Source: Muribaculaceae bacterium | Lineage (GTDB): Bacteria > Bacteroidota > Bacteroidia > Bacteroidales > Muribaculaceae | Reading direction: 5' to 3' | Assembly: GCA_017651515.1 (NCBI GenBank) | Contig: JAGCCU010000034.1 | Span: 10,049-74,048, forward strand | Length of the DNA: 64,000 bases | Notes under the pieces: generated by a model | The model's input: only the letters and a program-made list of their open reading frames with translations | Databases searched by the model: none | Told to the model about the DNA's origin: nothing | Position numbers and translations under genes: made by a program | Shown: piece by piece, positions 61,680-64,000 of the stretch | Position numbering within the stretch: position 1 is the stretch's first letter | How the letters are laid out: each line of letters begins with the position of its first letter

Positions 61680-62462
61680 ATGAAAAAGATATTTTTATAT
61701 GCTACAGCCCTATTGCTGAGTTCGGTCGCGTTCACTTCGTGTAACGATGATAAAGACGAACTCACCGATTCCAGGCTGACCAACTATGTGGTGCTTGAGA
61801 TGCAAGGTGACGACTTCGTTGCCTGGCCTGTAGGCACAAAGTATGTTGATGAAGGCTGCAAGGCTACTCTCGGTGGAGAGGATGCTTCTTCTCGCCTAGT
61901 GACTGAAGGTGTTGAGGATGTTGACTACAACACAATCGGTTTCTATGAAATCACTTATTCGGCTGTAAACGATGATGGTTTCCCCATCTCTGTCAGCCGC
62001 ACTGTGTGCGTCTACGACCCCACTTACACATCTGACATCTCGGGTAAGTATGATACTGATATGGCAGCAACCGTTTATCTAGGTAAGATTAATGGCGTGA
62101 AAGACTGGTATCCGTTCTCTGACTGGGCTGCAGGTTATGGCAACACTACTCAGTGTACAGGTCTTACATTCCAGAAGGTTGTGCCAGGTATATTCTACTG
62201 CAATGACCTGCTGGGCGGCTGGTACTGGCAAATCAGAAACTATGGTACCAGCTATGCAATGACAGGTTATGTCAGTGTTGACAATGATGGAAACGTAGAA
62301 CTCATCGACAGCTATATCTCTGGCTGGGGAGATGGTCTTGACTACATTGAAGATGGCAAGTATGACTTCGACACGAAGACCATCAGTTACAAGCTGTGCT
62401 ATGCTGGCCAAATCTACATGAATCCCGTTATGAAGTGGGTGAAACCACTCGAGGAGGAATAA
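61680..62462 (+). CDS. BT_2262-like lipoprotein (DUF5011/DUF5012)
   Basis: Lipobox TSC, Y.DEG..AT, G.Y.ITYSAVN.DGF, DLLGGWY. Confidence 0.8.
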   Translation: MKKIFLYATALLLSSVAFTSCNDDKDELTDSRLTNYVVLEMQGDDFVAWPVGTKYVDEGCKATLGGEDASSRLVTEGVEDVDYNTIGFYEITYSAVNDDGFPISVSRTVCVYDPTYTSDISGKYDTDMAATVYLGKINGVKDWYPFSDWAAGYGNTTQCTGLTFQKVVPGIFYCNDLLGGWYWQIRNYGTSYAMTGYVSVDNDGNVELIDSYISGWGDGLDYIEDGKYDFDTKTISYKLCYAGQIYMNPVMKWVKPLEEE

Positions 62463-62496
62463 TCAACACTATTAATTGTTAACAGACAATATGACT

Positions 62497-63000
62497 ATGA
62501 AAAAGTATATTTTAATGATTGCAGCGTTGTTCACTTTAGGGCTGGCCACCACATCTTGCGATACGATGACCAATGAGCCCGAGGGTGGCGACAAAATCGG
62601 CGACATGGCAGGTCACTGGGAAGTTACCGTTGATGCAGTTGACGAAGACGGCAACGTTCTTTATGAAGACCCATACGGCATGGGGGTTGTGGATATTAAC
62701 ACCTATGCAACAGTGAATGATGACACCGACAAGATGTGGCTCTATGATGGCTCATTCTATGGCCTGCAACTGCTGGTGCCTATCAAACTGGATGCTCGCA
62801 CCTTCGAAGTGACCAATGTTCCTTACGATCTGGCAGAAACTGGCAATACTACTCTCAAAGGTAAGATTATGCCAAAGGCTGGTAGGAATCTGCACGGAAT
62901 GCCTGTTGATAGCATCTGCATTGAAGCTACTTTCGATGACGATCCTAATGGCCTTATCTGGCGTTATTCTGGCATCCGTTATCAGGGCTTCACCGAGTAA
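62497..63000 (+). CDS. BT_2261-like lipid-binding lipoprotein
   Basis: MKKY..lipobox TSC, MAG.W.V, TYAT...D.MW, GMPVDSI, YSG.RY.GF. Confidence 0.78.
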   Translation: MKKYILMIAALFTLGLATTSCDTMTNEPEGGDKIGDMAGHWEVTVDAVDEDGNVLYEDPYGMGVVDINTYATVNDDTDKMWLYDGSFYGLQLLVPIKLDARTFEVTNVPYDLAETGNTTLKGKIMPKAGRNLHGMPVDSICIEATFDDDPNGLIWRYSGIRYQGFTE

Positions 63001-63036
63001 TAAGTAATTAGCGAGTTTTATCGCAACTATATGATA

Positions 63037-63069
63037 AAGCAGGGCAGGCCATTCGAGCCTGTCCTGCTT
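63037..63069 (+). terminator. Terminator of the Sus operon
   Basis: AAGCAGGGCAGGC...GCCTGTCCTGCTT stem-loop. Confidence 0.75.
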
Positions 63070-63275
63070 GCTTTATACTATGCTGCGACATGTCAGGAAC
63101 TAAAAAAACAGCAATTATTTTGTCCTTTCATACGCATTATGTAACGTTGACCTTCGGTCGAAGTTACTCACACTCGGCATAAAAAATAAAAAAACTTCGT
63201 TTTTCATTTGTTTCTGCTCTCGCTTATTCGTAACTTTGTCCTTCGAAAAGAACAAAAACATTAATATACACTACT

Positions 63276-63836
63276 ATGAATGACGTGAAATTCTATCTCG
63301 ACGCAGCCGAGAAAAAAATGCAGGAAGCCGTTGCGTTCCTCGACGACTCGCTGGCACACATCCGCGCCGGCAAGGCCAACGTGAAGATTCTTGACTCCAT
63401 TCGTGTGGAGTACTACGGCAACAAAGTTCCCATCAATAATGTCGCTAACGTGAGTGTGCCCGACCAGCGCACAATCGCCATTATGCCGTGGGAAAAGACA
63501 ATGTTCCGTGTGATTGAGAAAGCTATCATTGACTCCAATGTGGGTATCATGCCCGAGAACAATGGCGAGGTAATTCGCCTCAACATTCCGCCTTTGACCG
63601 AAGATCGCCGCAAGCAACTGGTGAAAGACTCTAAGAATGAATCGGAAAAAGCACGCGTAAGTGTGCGTAACGCACGTCGTGAGTGCATCGACGGCCTTAA
63701 AAAAGCCGTAAAGGAAGGCATGAGCGAAGATATTTCGAAGGATGGTGAAGAAAAGGTTCAGAAACTTCATGACAAATACATGAAGAAAATCGATGAAGTA
63801 TTTGCTGCCAAGGAAAAAGAAATCCTCACCGTGTAA
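63276..63836 (+). CDS. frr: Ribosome recycling factor
   Basis: IRAGKAN, EYYG, IEKAI, IPPLTEDRRK, VRNARR, KEKEILTV. Confidence 0.97.
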   Translation: MNDVKFYLDAAEKKMQEAVAFLDDSLAHIRAGKANVKILDSIRVEYYGNKVPINNVANVSVPDQRTIAIMPWEKTMFRVIEKAIIDSNVGIMPENNGEVIRLNIPPLTEDRRKQLVKDSKNESEKARVSVRNARRECIDGLKKAVKEGMSEDISKDGEEKVQKLHDKYMKKIDEVFAAKEKEILTV

Positions 63837-63855
63837 TACTCAAGAAGAACGATAT

Positions 63856-63892
63856 AAAAAGCCGAGTTGCCATATAGGAGACTCGGCTTTTT
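63856..63892 (+). terminator. Intrinsic terminator of frr
   Basis: AAAAAGCCGAGT...ACTCGGCTTTTT. Confidence 0.85.
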
Positions 63893-64000
63893 ACAAAAAC
63901 GTTCATAATTAAGATCTGAACTCTTTTACAACTTATATTTTGTCTCTTTGCGTTAGCATAATGGCAATTATGCAGACGCCAGACGGGGTGCTGCTCAACT

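Overview
Bacteroidales chromosome segment, judged from TAnnTTTG promoters, SusC/SusD, GH97 and T9SS-type C-terminal domains; Muribaculaceae/Prevotellaceae-like. It has a housekeeping backbone (tRNA-Lys, tRNA-Leu, xerD, ftsB, trmD, lptC, coaX, pssA, manC, kbl/tdh, a BT2261-2264-like Sus locus, frr) and several accessory modules. The main candidates for an uncharacterised system are: (1) a co-oriented operon of vWA-like lipoprotein, 4-TM protein, divergent tubulin/FtsZ-like GTPase, 1146-aa actin/Hsp70-fold ATPase and membrane coiled-coil protein, split by ~10 kb of Rhs toxin and AAA-ATPase cassettes; (2) a lone, frameshifted DUF5309/SU10-type phage major capsid gene with a scaffold-like remnant, its own promoter and terminator, and no other phage genes; (3) a tandem pseudokinase/kinase receptor pair with C-terminal VDLGL-type lectin-fold domains. 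Two integrase-free insertions are bracketed by duplicated gene ends: a synonymously diverged copy of the manC 3' end around orphan toxin/immunity cassettes, and a 27-bp copy of the ATPase gene start around an AAA gene. Family assignments are from motif recognition only; no database searches were run.
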